Positions 37,040-50,148 of a DNA stretch of 64,000 nt are shown piece after piece. This stretch comes from Lama glama. Its lineage: Eukaryota. The DNA is taken from assembly GCA_028534125.1 (NCBI GenBank), contig CM052832.1:14200001-14264000 (forward strand), given 5' to 3'. The notes below the pieces were generated by a model that worked only from the letters and a program-made list of their open reading frames with translations, did no database searches and had not been told where the DNA came from. The stretch's first letter is position 1, and each line of letters opens with the position of its first letter. The translations under genes and the position numbers were made by a program.

Positions 37040-37760
37040 CGTCGGTGTGTGGCTCCGCCCGTGGCCCCGGCCCCGCCCCCGCCCCCTCGCCCGTGCTCTG
37101 CATCCAGCCCTGGCCTCACCTTAGCCCTCAGCCCACCGCCTCCACCCCGGGTGCGGCCCCACCTGCTCCGCCTCGCGCAACTGGCCCTCGAGTGCCTGTT
37201 GCAACTCGCGGTGCTGGCTTCGGCGCCGCTCCTCCTCCTCCTGCAGCAGGCGCTCGGCCTGCCGCTGCGCCTCCTGCAGCAGCTCCAGCTCCTGCAGCTT
37301 TCGCTCCTTCTCCTCCTGTAGCTGCTGCAGCCGCAGCATCTCCTCCTCCTTGGCCGCCCGGCGCCGCTCCCGCTGCTCCCGCTGCTCACGTCGCTTCTGC
37401 TTCAGGTCTTTGTGCAGCGAAGTCTTCCCCTCGGCCTGCAGCCGGATCGCCGTCTGGATGGCTGAGGGGGGAGCGGGAGGTGGTCAGCCGGAGCTAGCCT
37501 GGGACAGGGGAGCCTCGATGTGGCCTACCGCCGAAAGGGGCCTTAGGAGTTGCTTAGAAGTCCCGTCTCCAGCCTCCCGCTGGGCACAGTGCATCACCAC
37601 CTTTTCACAGACTGAGGCCCTTCCAGATCCAGGCCACCCAGCCAGCACTCACCAGCTGTCCACTCCTGGCGCTGGCGCGTGTCTGACGCGCTCATCTCGT
37701 ACGTGCGGGAGGCCGTCTTCACGCAGAACATGCAGCGCTTCCCCTCTCGGTCTGGCAGCA
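37040..37760. other. Intragenic CpG-rich island over DEF6 exons 6-7
   Basis: Visibly high CpG density relative to flanking introns. Confidence 0.7.
37163..37461 (-). CDS. DEF6: DEF6 exon 7 (299 nt), coiled-coil/DH-like region
   Basis: [29 protein letters not shown]...[10 protein letters not shown]; phase consistent with exon 6. Confidence 0.96.
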
Positions 37761-37761
37761 C
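37653..37761 (-). CDS. DEF6: DEF6 exon 6 (109 nt), PH domain
   Basis: [40 protein letters not shown] boundaries. Confidence 0.96.
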
Positions 37762-38489
37762 CTGGCAGAGGGCAGGCGGCCCCAGACAGGCTGGCTTCAC
37801 TGGGGTCAGGGCCACACCCGTCCCAGGGGTACTCCAGCTCAAGCCCCTACCCCTCCTGGCTGACCATCTTCCCTGGGCACCCCTCCCGCTCTGCCAGGTG
37901 CCTGTGCAGCCTGATTTGGAGGTTAATTATGGGGATAATTGTATCCCCACAACTCGTGTAGCCTTTGCTCTCTGAAGGTGGGGCTGATGTCCTCTTGGTA
38001 TTTCTCCATGGAGCCTAGCACATAGCAGCCACTCAGTGTGCAGATCATGCTTGAACATCTCCAGTGACAGGGTCCTCAGTATTGAGACCACTCATTTGCA
38101 CATAGCCCTGTCTGTTGAGAAAGTTCTGAACTCATTCATTCCACAGATATTTTGTAATGTCCACTGAGCACCACTCCTTGCTCTCGGCATTTGGGATACT
38201 GAGGTGTGCCTAACAGAAAAAATCCCTGCCTTTCCTAAGCTTACAGTCTAGTGGAAAATAATAGCTACTGAGCTTCATGTGTTCTAGAGTCTGTTCCAGG
38301 CAGGGATTATTAGCTCCATTTTACAGAGAAAGAAACTGAGGCTTTAAGAGGTCCAGGAGCGTGCCCAATTCATACTGCCTGTTAGAAATGGAACTGGATT
38401 TCTGCCTAGATATGTGCTCTTTCCACAATGACACCTGTCTCCTTATGTGACAAAAATGGACAGAGCCTAGGATGGCTATAATAATAATG

Positions 38490-39040
38490 TTTTTAAATGT
38501 AAAATACCAAGTGTTGGTGAGGATGTGGAGAAATTGGAAATTTCATACAGTACTGTTGAGAATGTAAGATGGTACAGCCACTATAAAAAACAGATTGGCT
38601 GTCCCTCAAAAAAGTTAAACAGAAAAATGAACAGATAAACAAAATATGGTATATCCTTACAATGGAATATTATTCAGTCATTAAAAGGACTGAAGTCCTG
38701 ATTCATAACACAACATGCTTGAAAACATTATGCTAAGTGAAAGAAGCCAGCAGAGAAGGACAAATATTGTATGATTCAACTTATATGAGGCACCTAGAAT
38801 AGGCAAATTTATGGAGACAGAAAGCAGAATAGAGGATATCAGGGGCTGGGAGGAAGGGAGGATGAGTTATTGCTTATTGGGCACAGAGTTTCTGTTTGGG
38901 ATGATAAAAAAAAGTTTTGGAAATAAATAGTGGTGATGGTTACACATGAAGGTACTTAATGCTACTGAATTGTGACACTTAAAATGGTTAAAATGGCAAA
39001 TTTCATGTTACATATATATTTTTACTTAAACTTTAAAAAT
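38490..39040 (+). mobile_element. L1M 3' end remnant
   Basis: gtgttggtgaggatgtggagaaattggaa...tatgctaagtgaaagaagccag...aaaatggttaaaatggcaaa. Confidence 0.85.
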
Positions 39041-39317
39041 TGTTATTTTAAGCCTCTGAAATAATGGGCAGAGCCAAGAGAAGAGAAGGGATGGGAAGGG
39101 AGAGAAGAGGGGTGTGGAGAAAGAACATGGAAGTATAGAGTTGCCAAAGGGAATGGAATTTAGGTGAAGGAGAAATAACTTTAAAGAGGATTTTTAGAAA
39201 GCTTTGTAGGGTAGCGTGACATAAATCATCTCTTCTGAAATTTTTAGCAAAATCCACATTATTCACCAACAACTTTAGTATTTGATTTGCAGTTTGAGTT
39301 TTTTATAAAGTGTTGAC

Positions 39318-40100
39318 ATATGGAATCTAAAAAAACAAAACAAATGAACAAACAAAACATAAACAGAGTTGTAGATACAGAGAACAAATCATTGTTTGCT
39401 AGAGGGTAGGGGGCTAGGGAGAGGAAAGAAATAGGTGAGGAAGATTAAGATGTACAGACTTCCAGTTGCAAAATAAGTGAGTCACCATTATGAAATGTAC
39501 AGTGTGGGGAATATAGTTAATAACTATGGTTACACAGTTGTCTTTGCGTGGTAACATATCATAACTAGACCTATCATGGTGATCAGTTTGAAATATACAG
39601 AAATATAGAATCATCATGTTGTGTAACAGGAACTAACAGAGTATTATAGGTCAATTATACTTCAAAAATAAATTTATAGAAAAAGATTCGATTTGTGCTT
39701 ATCAGAGGTGGGGGAGCTGGAGGGTGGAGAAGGGGAAATTGGATGAAGGTAGTATAAAGGTAGAAACTTCCAAATATAAGATAAAAGTACTAGGAATGTA
39801 CTGTTACACATGATAAATGTAATTAACACTGCTGTATGTTATGTATGAAAGGTGTTAAGAGAGTAAATCATAAGATTTCTCATCACAAGAAAAACATTTT
39901 TTCTATTTAATTTTTTACCTATCTGAGCTGATGAATGTTCACTTATGGATGTAAACTTATTGTGCTAATCACTTTATAATGTATGTAGGTTGAATCATTA
40001 TGCTGTACACCTTAAACTTATATAGTACTGTATGTCAATTATATCTCAATAAAACTGGAAGAAAAAAATAAACTGTTACTTTTCTAAAATAAAAAAAAAA
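39318..40100 (+). mobile_element. L1 (L1MA-type) 3' UTR with poly-A
   Basis: tatggaatctaaaaaa...tatgtcaattatatctcaataaaactgg..A-run; flanking aaagtgt(t)gaca direct repeat. Confidence 0.85.
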
Positions 40101-40148
40101 GTGTGACAACTGACATGGCTGAGAATGGCCTTGAGACACCCAGGTGTG

Positions 40149-40365
40149 CAACTGACCCTTAAACAACACAGGGGTTAGGGGTGCCAAAACTCTGCCCAGT
40201 TGAAAATCCACATATAATTTTAAAGTCAGCCCTCAGTATCCTGGTTCCACATCTGCAGATTCAACCAGCTGCAGATAGTGTAGTACTCCTGTATGTATTT
40301 ATTGAAAAAATCTGCGTATACGTGGACCCACAAAGTTCCAACCCATGTTGTTCAAGGGTCAACTT
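40149..40365. mobile_element. Tigger2/MER8-like Tc1-mariner MITE
   Basis: Terminal inverted repeats caactgacccttaaacaacacagg ... cccatgttgttcaagggtcaact. Confidence 0.8.
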
Positions 40366-40512
40366 GAACAATTCGGGTTATACTCATCTAAGCAGAAATT
40401 TGTCACTGTGGCTTTTCCCGCTTGCCCTCCTCCAGACCCCCTTGCCTTCACTCTACACTGGAGACCTTCTGGGCCTTGAGAGGGGCTCTACCCCTTCACC
40501 TGTTCCCCTCAC

Positions 40513-40659
40513 CTCCACGCAGCACTGTGCATCCAGTGGGATGGTACCCCTTTTCTCCTTGCAGTCTTCACTCCCAAAATAGCAGAGGCAGCTGGGCTGC
40601 AGCTGGAACCAGCGTTCTGCCCAGTTCCTCCTCAGGTGCCCTCGTTTCCACAGGTAGCC
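40513..40659 (-). CDS. DEF6: DEF6 exon 5 (147 nt), PH domain
   Basis: [49 protein letters not shown] (PH-domain signature). Confidence 0.96.
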
Positions 40660-40746
40660 CTGCCAGCCAGAGCAAAGTCAGAGGCATCACTGTCCCCTAC
40701 TTTGCCTCTTCTGGGGGTCCTCCCCTGGTTCCCAACATGGCCTAAC

Positions 40747-40983
40747 CTGCTTCAGGACATCTTGAATGAGCTCCTGGTAGACCTCGTGGATGGCCATGCT
40801 GAGGGTGTCCCGCCCCACACCTCGCAGACAGCGACCTGAGTTGAAGAGCTCCAGGAACTGCCAGACGCTGAGCCCGCCAGTGGTCTGGGCTGCCTGGGCC
40901 TCCTGGGCCAGCAGCTCCTCCAGCTCACCCAAGCCCACCTCCAAGCTCATGCTGCTGAGTACCTTCTTCAGCAGGTATTCAAC
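40747..40983 (-). CDS. DEF6: DEF6 exon 4 (237 nt)
   Basis: [25 protein letters not shown]...[19 protein letters not shown] boundaries. Confidence 0.96.
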
Positions 40984-42618
40984 CTGGATGGGGAGGGAAG
41001 ACCTAGTGGCTGCAGCAGGCAGGGGTGCCAGTCCCAACACCAGGGGGCACTCCCATCAGGCTCCTAGAGCCTTGGCAGAGGTGACTAGCGGTTGGGTTGG
41101 GGGGTGGGCAGAGGCCTAAATGCCGGTGGACACTTGGGTAGAGATTTGGGAGGGGATCCCAGAGCCCCAGCCTCAATTCAGGAGTCTCCTCCCCAACCTC
41201 CAGTCCCATTCCTTCCTGCCTCAAATTAAAAGCAGGGTGAGGTGGGAGCTAAAGGCCAGGAAGGGGCAACAAATCTTAGCAAATGTCAGAGGGGGTACAA
41301 TGGCCCTCTCATCCAATATCCTCATTTTGCAGAAGATAAAACTGAGGCTCAAAGGGAGACTTGTCCTGAATCATAAAGCAAGTTGGCAGTAGCCAGAACT
41401 CCACTCAGATCTGCATCCCATTTGAATCCTTATTCCAAGCCCCAAGCCCTAACCCTGGGGATCCTTCCCCTGTGGGAGGGCAAAGAGACTGGAGGTGGGA
41501 GTAAGCAGGGCGGGGACAGGAAACCGGTCACAGAGGAACAGGAAGTGGTGGTTGGGGTACATCCTGCTGCAGTTTGTTCACACTGCGTGTTGATCACAGC
41601 AGCAAGCAGCTTTCTGGCCTCTGAGAGGCCACTTTGCCCTGACTGGCAGGGGTCTGACAGAAGCGCTTAGCCAAGTGTCTGATAGACACAAGTCCCTCTA
41701 CTGCCCCTTCTTGGGAAACTCTCTCCAGGACTTTCAGTCTGGGGGTTCCTGGGTCTCAGCCAGGAGTGGTGGGGCACACCAGTTCAGGACTCAGGTGGCT
41801 CCTCTAACTCTTCCCACAAACGGAAGCAAGGACATGAATCTGAGCGCAGATGGATGACATGCCAGGATTTCTTGTAAATAAAGCGGACCTCTCTCGCGTG
41901 TACCCTACTCTAAAGACCTAAATTCACCCTGGAGTCTTCACAGCCACCATGAGGGTTAAAGGGGCAGGAGAGGGCTGAATGAACAGAGGACGGGGGCAAA
42001 CAGAGGGAGGGTGCAGGCTGACTGGAGACAGGGGGGCAGGGATCTGCTCTGGCTTCACCCATGAGTAGAGGACGCAGGGGCTGAATTCTAGGCTTCTACT
42101 CCCAGGATGCCCTCTCTGGGGCCCTGAGCTGAGTCTGCCCTGGCTCTCCCATATGTAGGAGAAGTAGGAAGGGAAAATCTGGAACCAGGCCCAGGCTTGG
42201 TTGCCCACCAGAAGTAACTGGAGAGATGTCCCAGGGAGGTCTCCATTCCCCTAATATAGCATCCTTCTCAGACTGCCATAGGGTCTAAAATCCTGCCATT
42301 TGATTTTAAATGTTTTCATTTTTAAATGCCCAGTAATATATCAGGCATTTACACCTCTCTATAAATAGAATTTGCAGATCATTTTCCTACTGGGAGGGCT
42401 AGCAGAGTGCTGAAAAGGTATAGCTTTGGACTTCTTTGGAGGAGGTATAATTGCTCTGATATAGGCAGTTCTAAGCATCTGGAGATAGCTGGGTGTGAAC
42501 AGGTACTGGCAGGGGGAGACGAAGAAAGGGGATGTGGGAAAGTACACAAGGTAATTTGGTCTCGTTCACGGTTTTGCTGAGGCCTGGCCCCAAGTGATTT
42601 AGTCCCTGAATCACTCAC

Positions 42619-42804
42619 CTCATCAGGAACCATGATCAGAGGGTACTTGTCCTCAGACAGGAAGTTGAAGAGACACCAGAGGCGGAAGGCATCCTGATTG
42701 GAGAGCATGCTGTTCCCATTGCTATCCACCCGATAGTTCTTCTTGGCCGTCAGGGTCCAGCACAGCTCATCAAAGTGCTCCTTAACGAAAGCCCCCTCCT
42801 CCGC
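42619..42804 (-). CDS. DEF6: DEF6 exon 3 (186 nt)
   Basis: [62 protein letters not shown]; donor gtgagt. Confidence 0.95.
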
Positions 42805-43412
42805 CTGCCACCAGGCCTGCAAGTCAGCTGAGAAGGCTGCCCTGTCCCCGCCCTACCACCAAACTAGGCTCCAGCTAGTTTCTTAGGGTCATTTATTCCC
42901 CTGCTCCTCACCCTATCAAGTGAGGCTCTACTTGAGGAATCCATGAGTTGCCTACAGGTAACAGTTGGTTCCAACCACCCTACCCCACCTCCACCCCAAC
43001 ACATCCACACCCACCCAAGACCCCTGCTAACAGAGAAACTCTAGTCCCTCAGCCCAGGGGAGAAAGATGGGGAAGCCCAGTGGGGAGTGGACCATCAAGA
43101 AGAACCTGAGAAGACAGCGACAACTGGGAGGAGCAGGGGGTACTGCATTGGGGGGAAGCTGGAGACAGGCCTAGGCGGGGATAGGGTGGAAGGTCCTGGG
43201 AAAGGCAAAGGCTAAGACAGAGATGAGGGAGACTGAGGGTGTGTTAAGGGGAGCAAGGAGAGGACACGTGGCTGGGATGTAAATGATGGAGACAAGAGAG
43301 AGGGATGGACAGAGGAGACAGTAGTGGGGGGCCATAGCGGGAGGAGTTGGGATGGCAATGTGTTGGGGTGCTGGCCAGGTTGGGAAGTAGGGAGAGGTCA
43401 GAGGGGCTCCAC

Positions 43413-43553
43413 CTTGTCCAGGATGTACTTGTTGAGGTAGGGCATGTATCCCTGGCTGGACACAGGACCATCGTCATCGTCTCGGAAGTGTTCCTCCAGG
43501 GCCACAGGGTCGTGAGGGATGTTCAGGACTGTGTACAGGTTGTGGGACAGCAC
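43413..43553 (-). CDS. DEF6: DEF6 exon 2 (141 nt)
   Basis: [51 protein letters not shown] boundaries. Confidence 0.96.
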
Positions 43554-43699
43554 CTGAGACAGAGTGGCAATTTGCCTTCCTGCAGCCCAACCAACTGGGC
43601 CGAAAGACAGCTCCTGCCTCCCTGCTTGTCTCCACCCCTAACCTGGCTAAGTCTTCTGCACAGATTATTCAATTCAATCATAACTAAAATGTATGCATT

Positions 43700-44190
43700 T
43701 ATATACAAAGGAATATTACTCAGTCATACAAAATGAATGAAATCCTGCCATTTGTGACAACATGGATGGAACTTGAGGGCATTATGCTAAGTGAAATAGG
43801 TCTAACAGAGAAAGACAAAAACCATATGATCTCACTCATATGTGGAATTAAAAACAAAAGGGAAGAAAAGGGGGCTCACAGATACAGAGAACAGAGTGGT
43901 GGTTGTAAGAGGTATGGAAGGGGACAAAATGGGGGAAGGTGATCAAAAGGTATAAACTTCCAGTTATAAAATAAGTCATGGGGGTATAACGTACTGTGTT
44001 GCATATTTGAAAGTAGCTAAAGGAATAGACCTTAAAAGTTCTCATCACAGGAAAAAAATTTTGTAACTATGTAAGGTGATGGATGTTAACTAGACTTATT
44101 GTAGTGATCATTCCATAATATATACAAATATAGAATTATTACATTGTACACCTGAAATTAATGTCAATTATACCTCAATAAAAACCAAAA
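43700..44190 (+). mobile_element. L1MA-type 3' end
   Basis: ORF 43733: NEILPFVTTWMELEGIMLSEI (L1 ORF2 end), followed by 3' UTR and aataaa. Confidence 0.88.
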
Positions 44191-45689
44191 ACTGAAAACT
44201 TACACACTTACTATGCATTAAGCACTGAGCTAAGCAATTTACATATAATTCACTTAACCCTGTAACAACTGTTAATAACCTCATTGCACAGATGAAAAAA
44301 TCCCCTAGGCTCTGAGACATTAAGTAACTCACTCAAGGGCACAGAGCTGGCAGAGCTGGGATTTAAACCCAGGAAGCCATGCTCTTCACCGCTTCATTAG
44401 GCAGGTGTGTCTTGTTTCTGCAGACAAGGACGTTGAGGCTCAAGGGACTCAGTAACTTGCCCAAGGACCCATAGTGAGCAAGAGCCTGGGATTCAAATTC
44501 AGCTCTGCAGATCCCAAAGCTCAGGTGCTTCCTATGATGCTGGGCTGTCTGCAGGAAGATGGTCCGTTACCCCAGGGCAGAAGCCCAGCATCTACCATCA
44601 AAGACTCAGTGTCAGGCATGTGCCTAGAGTCCAGTGTTTCTGTTCCAGGAAGGGTGAGTGCAGTTTCAGCCACTGCCCTTCAAAGATGGAAGGGGGCTGG
44701 AAAGGACTCAAAGAAAGGTCATGAAAAATGGTCTGTGGGATGTGGAGGACAAGGCCTAAAAGGGATGGCAGCCATGATGGTATGGAGGGGAAACAGGAGT
44801 TGGTTAACAAACCTATGATATTAGAACAAAGAGTTGAAAGTTGAACAAGGAAATCAGGAACAAAATAAAATTGCCTTGGGGTAATTGTTACAGCACTCAC
44901 TACAGACGGGGTGAATGATTAAAAATTGTCATCATGTGCTTTCCATAACCCATAACTAATCTCCACAATCATGATCTACAGACATTATTATCCCTGTTCT
45001 TCACATGAAGACACTGAGGCTTGGAGAGGTTAAGTAAGAGTAAGTGGCAAAGCTGAGGTTGGAACCAGGTATTCCTGGCTCTGAAGGCTGCCTCCCTATT
45101 ATTATTATTGACCCTTAGCTTCATTCCCCAACTAGATAGTGAGCTCTGTAGACAAGATCTCTGTTCACCTTTATGTCTCACAGCACCTATGTCCTCTTCA
45201 GCATACCAAAGTCCATTAATAAATGCAGTATTTAAGGCTGCTTCCACCACTGGCAGTTAACCTTGGAATCAGTTCTTCTGAGGCAGAAGCTGACATCTCA
45301 GAGATGGCATGTATACCAAGTCTCCATTTCCTTATTCTCTTTTGTGAGAGGAGGGGGACAAAGGTTTGAGACTTCTCCCCAATGTTCTCCGGGGCCTCAG
45401 GTTCAACTCAGCAAAGTGGGAAGTTGGGGGCTCAGCAAGGGGGTCAGTGTTTCTCTCTTCCCTCACTTCCCTCTGGTCAGCTATCCCTAACCCCCACCCC
45501 AAGCCTTCTCCCATTACCTTCGAATTATCCCATGTGCCATCTTTGGTTTTGCCTTTTCTTGTTCTAAAGGACATGTAAAGTTTCTTCCTGATGAACTCTG
45601 CATCCTCCCTTATTTTGGTAATGGAGCCCTGATTTTCCTTTGAGAAGTTCCTCTCCCCCATTTTCAGTATCTCTGGTATTGGCCATTTG

Positions 45690-46095
45690 CACCCCTACCC
45701 AACCTGGCTGCAGAGATGGGCACATTGGAGTCCTGGTGTTTGGTTCAAGGATGCACATGACCAAATCTGGGCCAATAAGAATCAGCCCTGAGATTTTTTG
45801 CTACCTCTGGAGGAGAAGAGGTATACTGTTTCCATGGGAGTGTTAAACTGTTAGATGGTAGATTCAGGTGATATTTTGTCCATATATGGGAAGTGCCTGC
45901 TTAAGAATAAAGCCATGAGTGAAAAGCAGAGTCAAGGTACAAAGAGAATCATAATTGGAGGACCTGGATCTAGTCATGCCTGAAGTCAATACTATGCATG
46001 GAGTTTGGTTATGCGAGTCAATAAATAACATCTCCCTTAAGTTATTTTGAGTTTGGTTTCTACCACTTATATCCAGAAAAGACATGACTAATACA
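45690..46095 (+). mobile_element. Ancient ERVL-type LTR (LTR16/LTR33-like)
   Basis: cacatgaccaaatctgggccaat...ctggatctagtcatgcctgaag...gtcaataaat...gagtttggtttct. Confidence 0.55.
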
Positions 46096-46442
46096 TCTGT
46101 GGTCATAGGATACCCCTCTCTAAGAGGTGCTCAATGTCTACCACATAAAATCCAGGGCGATCAACACAAGAGAAATTCCCACTTCTAAAGAGATGTTATT
46201 CTAAGAGTTTCACATATTTCCACTTGCTGTCTCCTGGCCTCTTTTCAAATTACCCATGTCTTCATCTTCCTTCAAGCCTCCTCAAGACCTCTTTGAGAAA
46301 GCTTCCTTCACAGCCCAGTCACATGGCTACACTCCAGTGAAGGGGGAACATAGAAGGCCAGGGACCTTCAACTTCTAGTTATGAGGCCTTGAATAAATTC
46401 CTTCACCCTCTGAGCCTCAGTTACTATTTTTTAATTAAAAAA

Positions 46443-46572
46443 AATTTTTTTTTTTTGGTGGGAGGCAGTAACTAGGTTTATTTATTTGTTTATTTTAATG
46501 GCAGTACTGCAGATCGAACCCAGGACCTCGTGGCTAGGCAAGCACTCTACCCCTGAGCTATACTCTCCTTCC
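46443..46572 (-). mobile_element. Vic-1-like SINE
   Basis: Reverse-complement tRNA-like head (tatagctcagggtagagtgc..ggtcctgggttcgatc) with T-run on + strand. Confidence 0.85.
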
Positions 46573-47317
46573 CAAGAATTAGTTTCATTGTCAGTAAAAC
46601 AGGGGATAATGCCCACCATGCAGATGGGCCGTAAGGATGGAGTGAGATGATACATATAAAGAGAGAGTGCCAGAGTTAGGTCTGCACAGAAAAAATGCTA
46701 GGTCTCTTCTTGTATTGAAAGTGCAATTTTTCACCTGACAAATTGACAAAAAGTCTGATACTATAGGGTACTGAGGAGGCTGTCGAGAAATAGGGGCTCA
46801 AATACCCTACTGTTGAGGTGTGAACTGGTAGTCTTTCTGGAGGGCAAGAATCTATCAAACTTAAAATTGGGCATGACCCCAGCATTTCTAATCATCCAAC
46901 CTGTAGATGTTCAAGGGAACAGAGCTACCTGTACAAGAATGTTCATTGAAGCATTGTTAGAATATGAGGAATTGGAGCTAGCCTGAGGCTCCTTTGATAG
47001 GGGACAGGTACACTGTGAGTGGTTGAAAGATTTTATTTCTGCTACATGTGTGCTCAAGTGATTTAACTTCCCCAAGACCTTAGTCACCTCCTCTGTGAGG
47101 AAAATAAGGGGTCTGCTCCACAGCGTTTTTTAGAATGAAGAGTTTAGCACAGCACCTGGTACATAGCACCATGGTATAAATTTCTTAATAAAAGTTCTGA
47201 GCTACTGTTATTGTTATATTTGTATGAACAGAGATGGAAACATTGGTGTACTATACTGACAGGTGAAAAAAGCATGCTGTAGAATGAAATATTTGTAAAA
47301 TAATATGTGTGCAAAGA

Positions 47318-47396
47318 TTAGGTTGAACCATATCAAACTGCTTTTCTAGTAGGTCAAAACCACCAAATGTCAGCAATTTCACATAGTTCAAACTAA
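47318..47396. mobile_element. MADE2-like mariner MITE
   Basis: About 80 bp with inverted termini ttaggttgaaccatat ... catagttcaaactaa. Confidence 0.8.
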
Positions 47397-48352
47397 TATG
47401 TTCATTTGTACACAGAAAAAAAATCTAGAAGACTCAGTAAATTGTTAACAGCTGACACCCCACAAACCCTCCCCAGTGAGGGGAGGAACTTTCACCTTCT
47501 TTAACACTATTTTTGTTTTTGAATTTTTTTAACCAGTAAAACATGTTTTACTTCTATAATAAATTACAACTTCTTTGAAATTATATTCTTCTGCACCAGG
47601 AGCATATATTGTTTTTACAAAAAAATTTTAAACTATAGAGATAAAAAGCAAAGGGTGCCATTAACCACTGTTATTAATGTACCCTGTTATTAAGTTGCTC
47701 TGTAATAACATTCTTCTTCTTCCCTGCTTGTGTGAGCATTTCTGGGTGTTCTACATTCCTTGAGGGCAGCAAGGACTCTAGTCTCAACCCGGACTCCAGA
47801 GCTCAGTACAACATCCCTCACATGCTGAGTGTTTGTGACTGATTCCTCAAGTCTAACTTAAAACTCCAGTGGTTTCCCAGTGCTCTTGCGGTAAACTCTC
47901 AAGTCCTTCCAGAGATTTTACTCTATAACTTCTCTGATTGCATCCCTTTTGCTCACTTCTCTCCAGACACTCTGGTCCTCTTGATATTCCTCTTGCCTCA
48001 GGACCTTTGCACTGGCTATTCCTTCAACCTAGAACATTCTTCTCCCAGGTCGTGGCATGGCTTATGCTTTCTCCTCCTTTATTTAGATGTCACCTTCTCA
48101 GGGAGGGCTTCTCTGACCACTGTATTTAAATCTGTAATCCCATCCCCTCTACCCCTCCCCACACTTCCTATCCCCACTTCTGCTTTATTTTCCTCCATGT
48201 CATGTATCATCTTCCATCACATCATGCATTTTTTACTTATTTTATCATCTGTGTTCTCTGACTAGAATGTCAGCCTCACAAGGGTAGGGATTTTTGTCTG
48301 TTTTATTCACTGCTATATTACTGGGTCTGGCATATTAAATAAATATCTGTTG

Positions 48353-48465
48353 GGAGGATGGGCATAGCTCAGTGGTAGAGCACATGCTTAGCATGCATGA
48401 GGTCCTGGGTTCAATCCCCAGTACCTCAATTAAAAACAAGAGAAAAAACAAAACAAAACAAAAAG
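48353..48465 (+). mobile_element. Vic-1-like SINE
   Basis: tRNA-Ala head; TSD tatctgttg at 48344-48352 and 48466-48474. Confidence 0.9.
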
Positions 48466-50148
48466 TATCTGTTGAATGAACTTAAGTGTTTCAAGGGGAG
48501 AAGTAGGAAAACTGCAAGTCAGATGGACAGGAACTGGTTCTCTCTAAGCAAATCAGCCTCGCTGGACCTCAGTTTTCAAACCTTTAAAAATGAAGTTCAA
48601 GGAGATAATTTATAAATCCCCTTCCACTGCAGGATAGAACCTGATACCCAGCAGCACACAGTTATCTGCGCAGTCCCTTGTCTTGGTTCACAGGCCCACC
48701 TTGTCCTTCAGACCTTCCTCACATGTACCTTTTGCCAGTGTAATCTGAGGAGCCTGGGTAGAGGCTCTGACCCCTGTAAGCCATCAAGTGTCAGGACAAA
48801 GAGGAATTAAAGCCTCCAGGCAGAGCTCAGGGTCTCTCCCCAGAGAGCTCATCCGACCTGAGATTGCCAAGCTTCCTGTGCCTGGGTGTGAGTGGGGGCT
48901 GGGGGCGAGGAGAGGGTGTGTCCAGAGGAGGGTCACGCTGGAAAGGAAACGGGCTGGGGCCAGCATGAGCAGGAGCAAACCTGCTGATTTCAGTCAATCC
49001 TCAGCCCTGGAGGCAGGGACTCTCATTATCCTCCTTTTACAGATGAGGAAATCAAGGCTTAGAGAGGTGAACTGTTTTCCTGTTCAAGGTCTGACTCTAA
49101 AGCCCTACTCTTGATCTCTATGCTACACTGGCTCAGATTAAACATCAGAATCACCTGGGGAGCTGGTTGAAACTGAAATACCCTGGGGCCTACTGACTCA
49201 GAGTTTCCAGGGGTGGGGTCCAGATGTCTGTAGTTTTCACAGGCTGCTATTTGGGCTCCCCCAAAGAGGACTCCTAGTCTCCCCCACCCACCCAAGCAGC
49301 CTCTGACCTCTGGGTTGGCAGTCTTTGACCTTTGAGAGGCGTCATTTATTCGCCATTTCCTCTGGAGGCATGTGGGGGAGTGGTTCTCCCCTGGGGGCTT
49401 GGGAGTTCCCTAAAAACTCAAGCGCAGGGATGGGATGGGTGCCAAGACCCATGGTTTTGTAGTTCTCAGACTTTGGGAATAGATGCAGATACAGAGGGTT
49501 TGGGAATCCATGAAAACACCAAGCAATAACTGCAGAGAATGACTGACTAATCTCTCTCTCCTAGATGGTCTATAGTCTTTAAACGTGCTTAGGTGCTAAG
49601 TGATTCTTTCAAAGTATATAGATCCTTTTAAGGAGTTACTGAACGTATTTTTCTCAACCAGCAGGTACTAAAGCAAAACTACTATCATGAGGGAGGAGCG
49701 CCAGGAATTTTAAAAGGTGGGAATCTCTGGATTAGCTATATGCCTGCAGAGAGCAAGAAGGGGCTGGAGGGGTTGGGTGTGGGCATCAAAGAAAAGACAG
49801 AGGCTCACAAAAGGGAGAGGAGAGGATGCATCAAGTATCAATTTCACCCACTTGATGTATTTTGTTAAAATTTATTTTCCTAGGCTAGCTGGATAGCCCA
49901 GGTCAACTCTTAAGCTTTACAGATGAGAAACCAGAGGTTCAGAGAAGGGCAGTGACTTGCCTAAGGCCACCTTGCTAGGCAGCAATATAGGTATGGCTCT
50001 GAATTATGTGCTCTGCACATCACTGAATCATCCTCCCCTCCTCCCCATTTGAGCCTGAGGAGATCAGCAGCAAGTAGGGATCAGGGCAAAGCTTATGATC
50101 CCAGCCATCAGATACCTGGACTAGGGTGATAGCTGTTAACAGCTAAAG

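Noticed and set aside
36856..37975. Long plus-strand and alternate-frame ORFs over DEF6 exons 6-7 (similarly over ZNF76 at 57943-59835)
   Set aside because: Antisense or shadow frames of GC-rich coding exons
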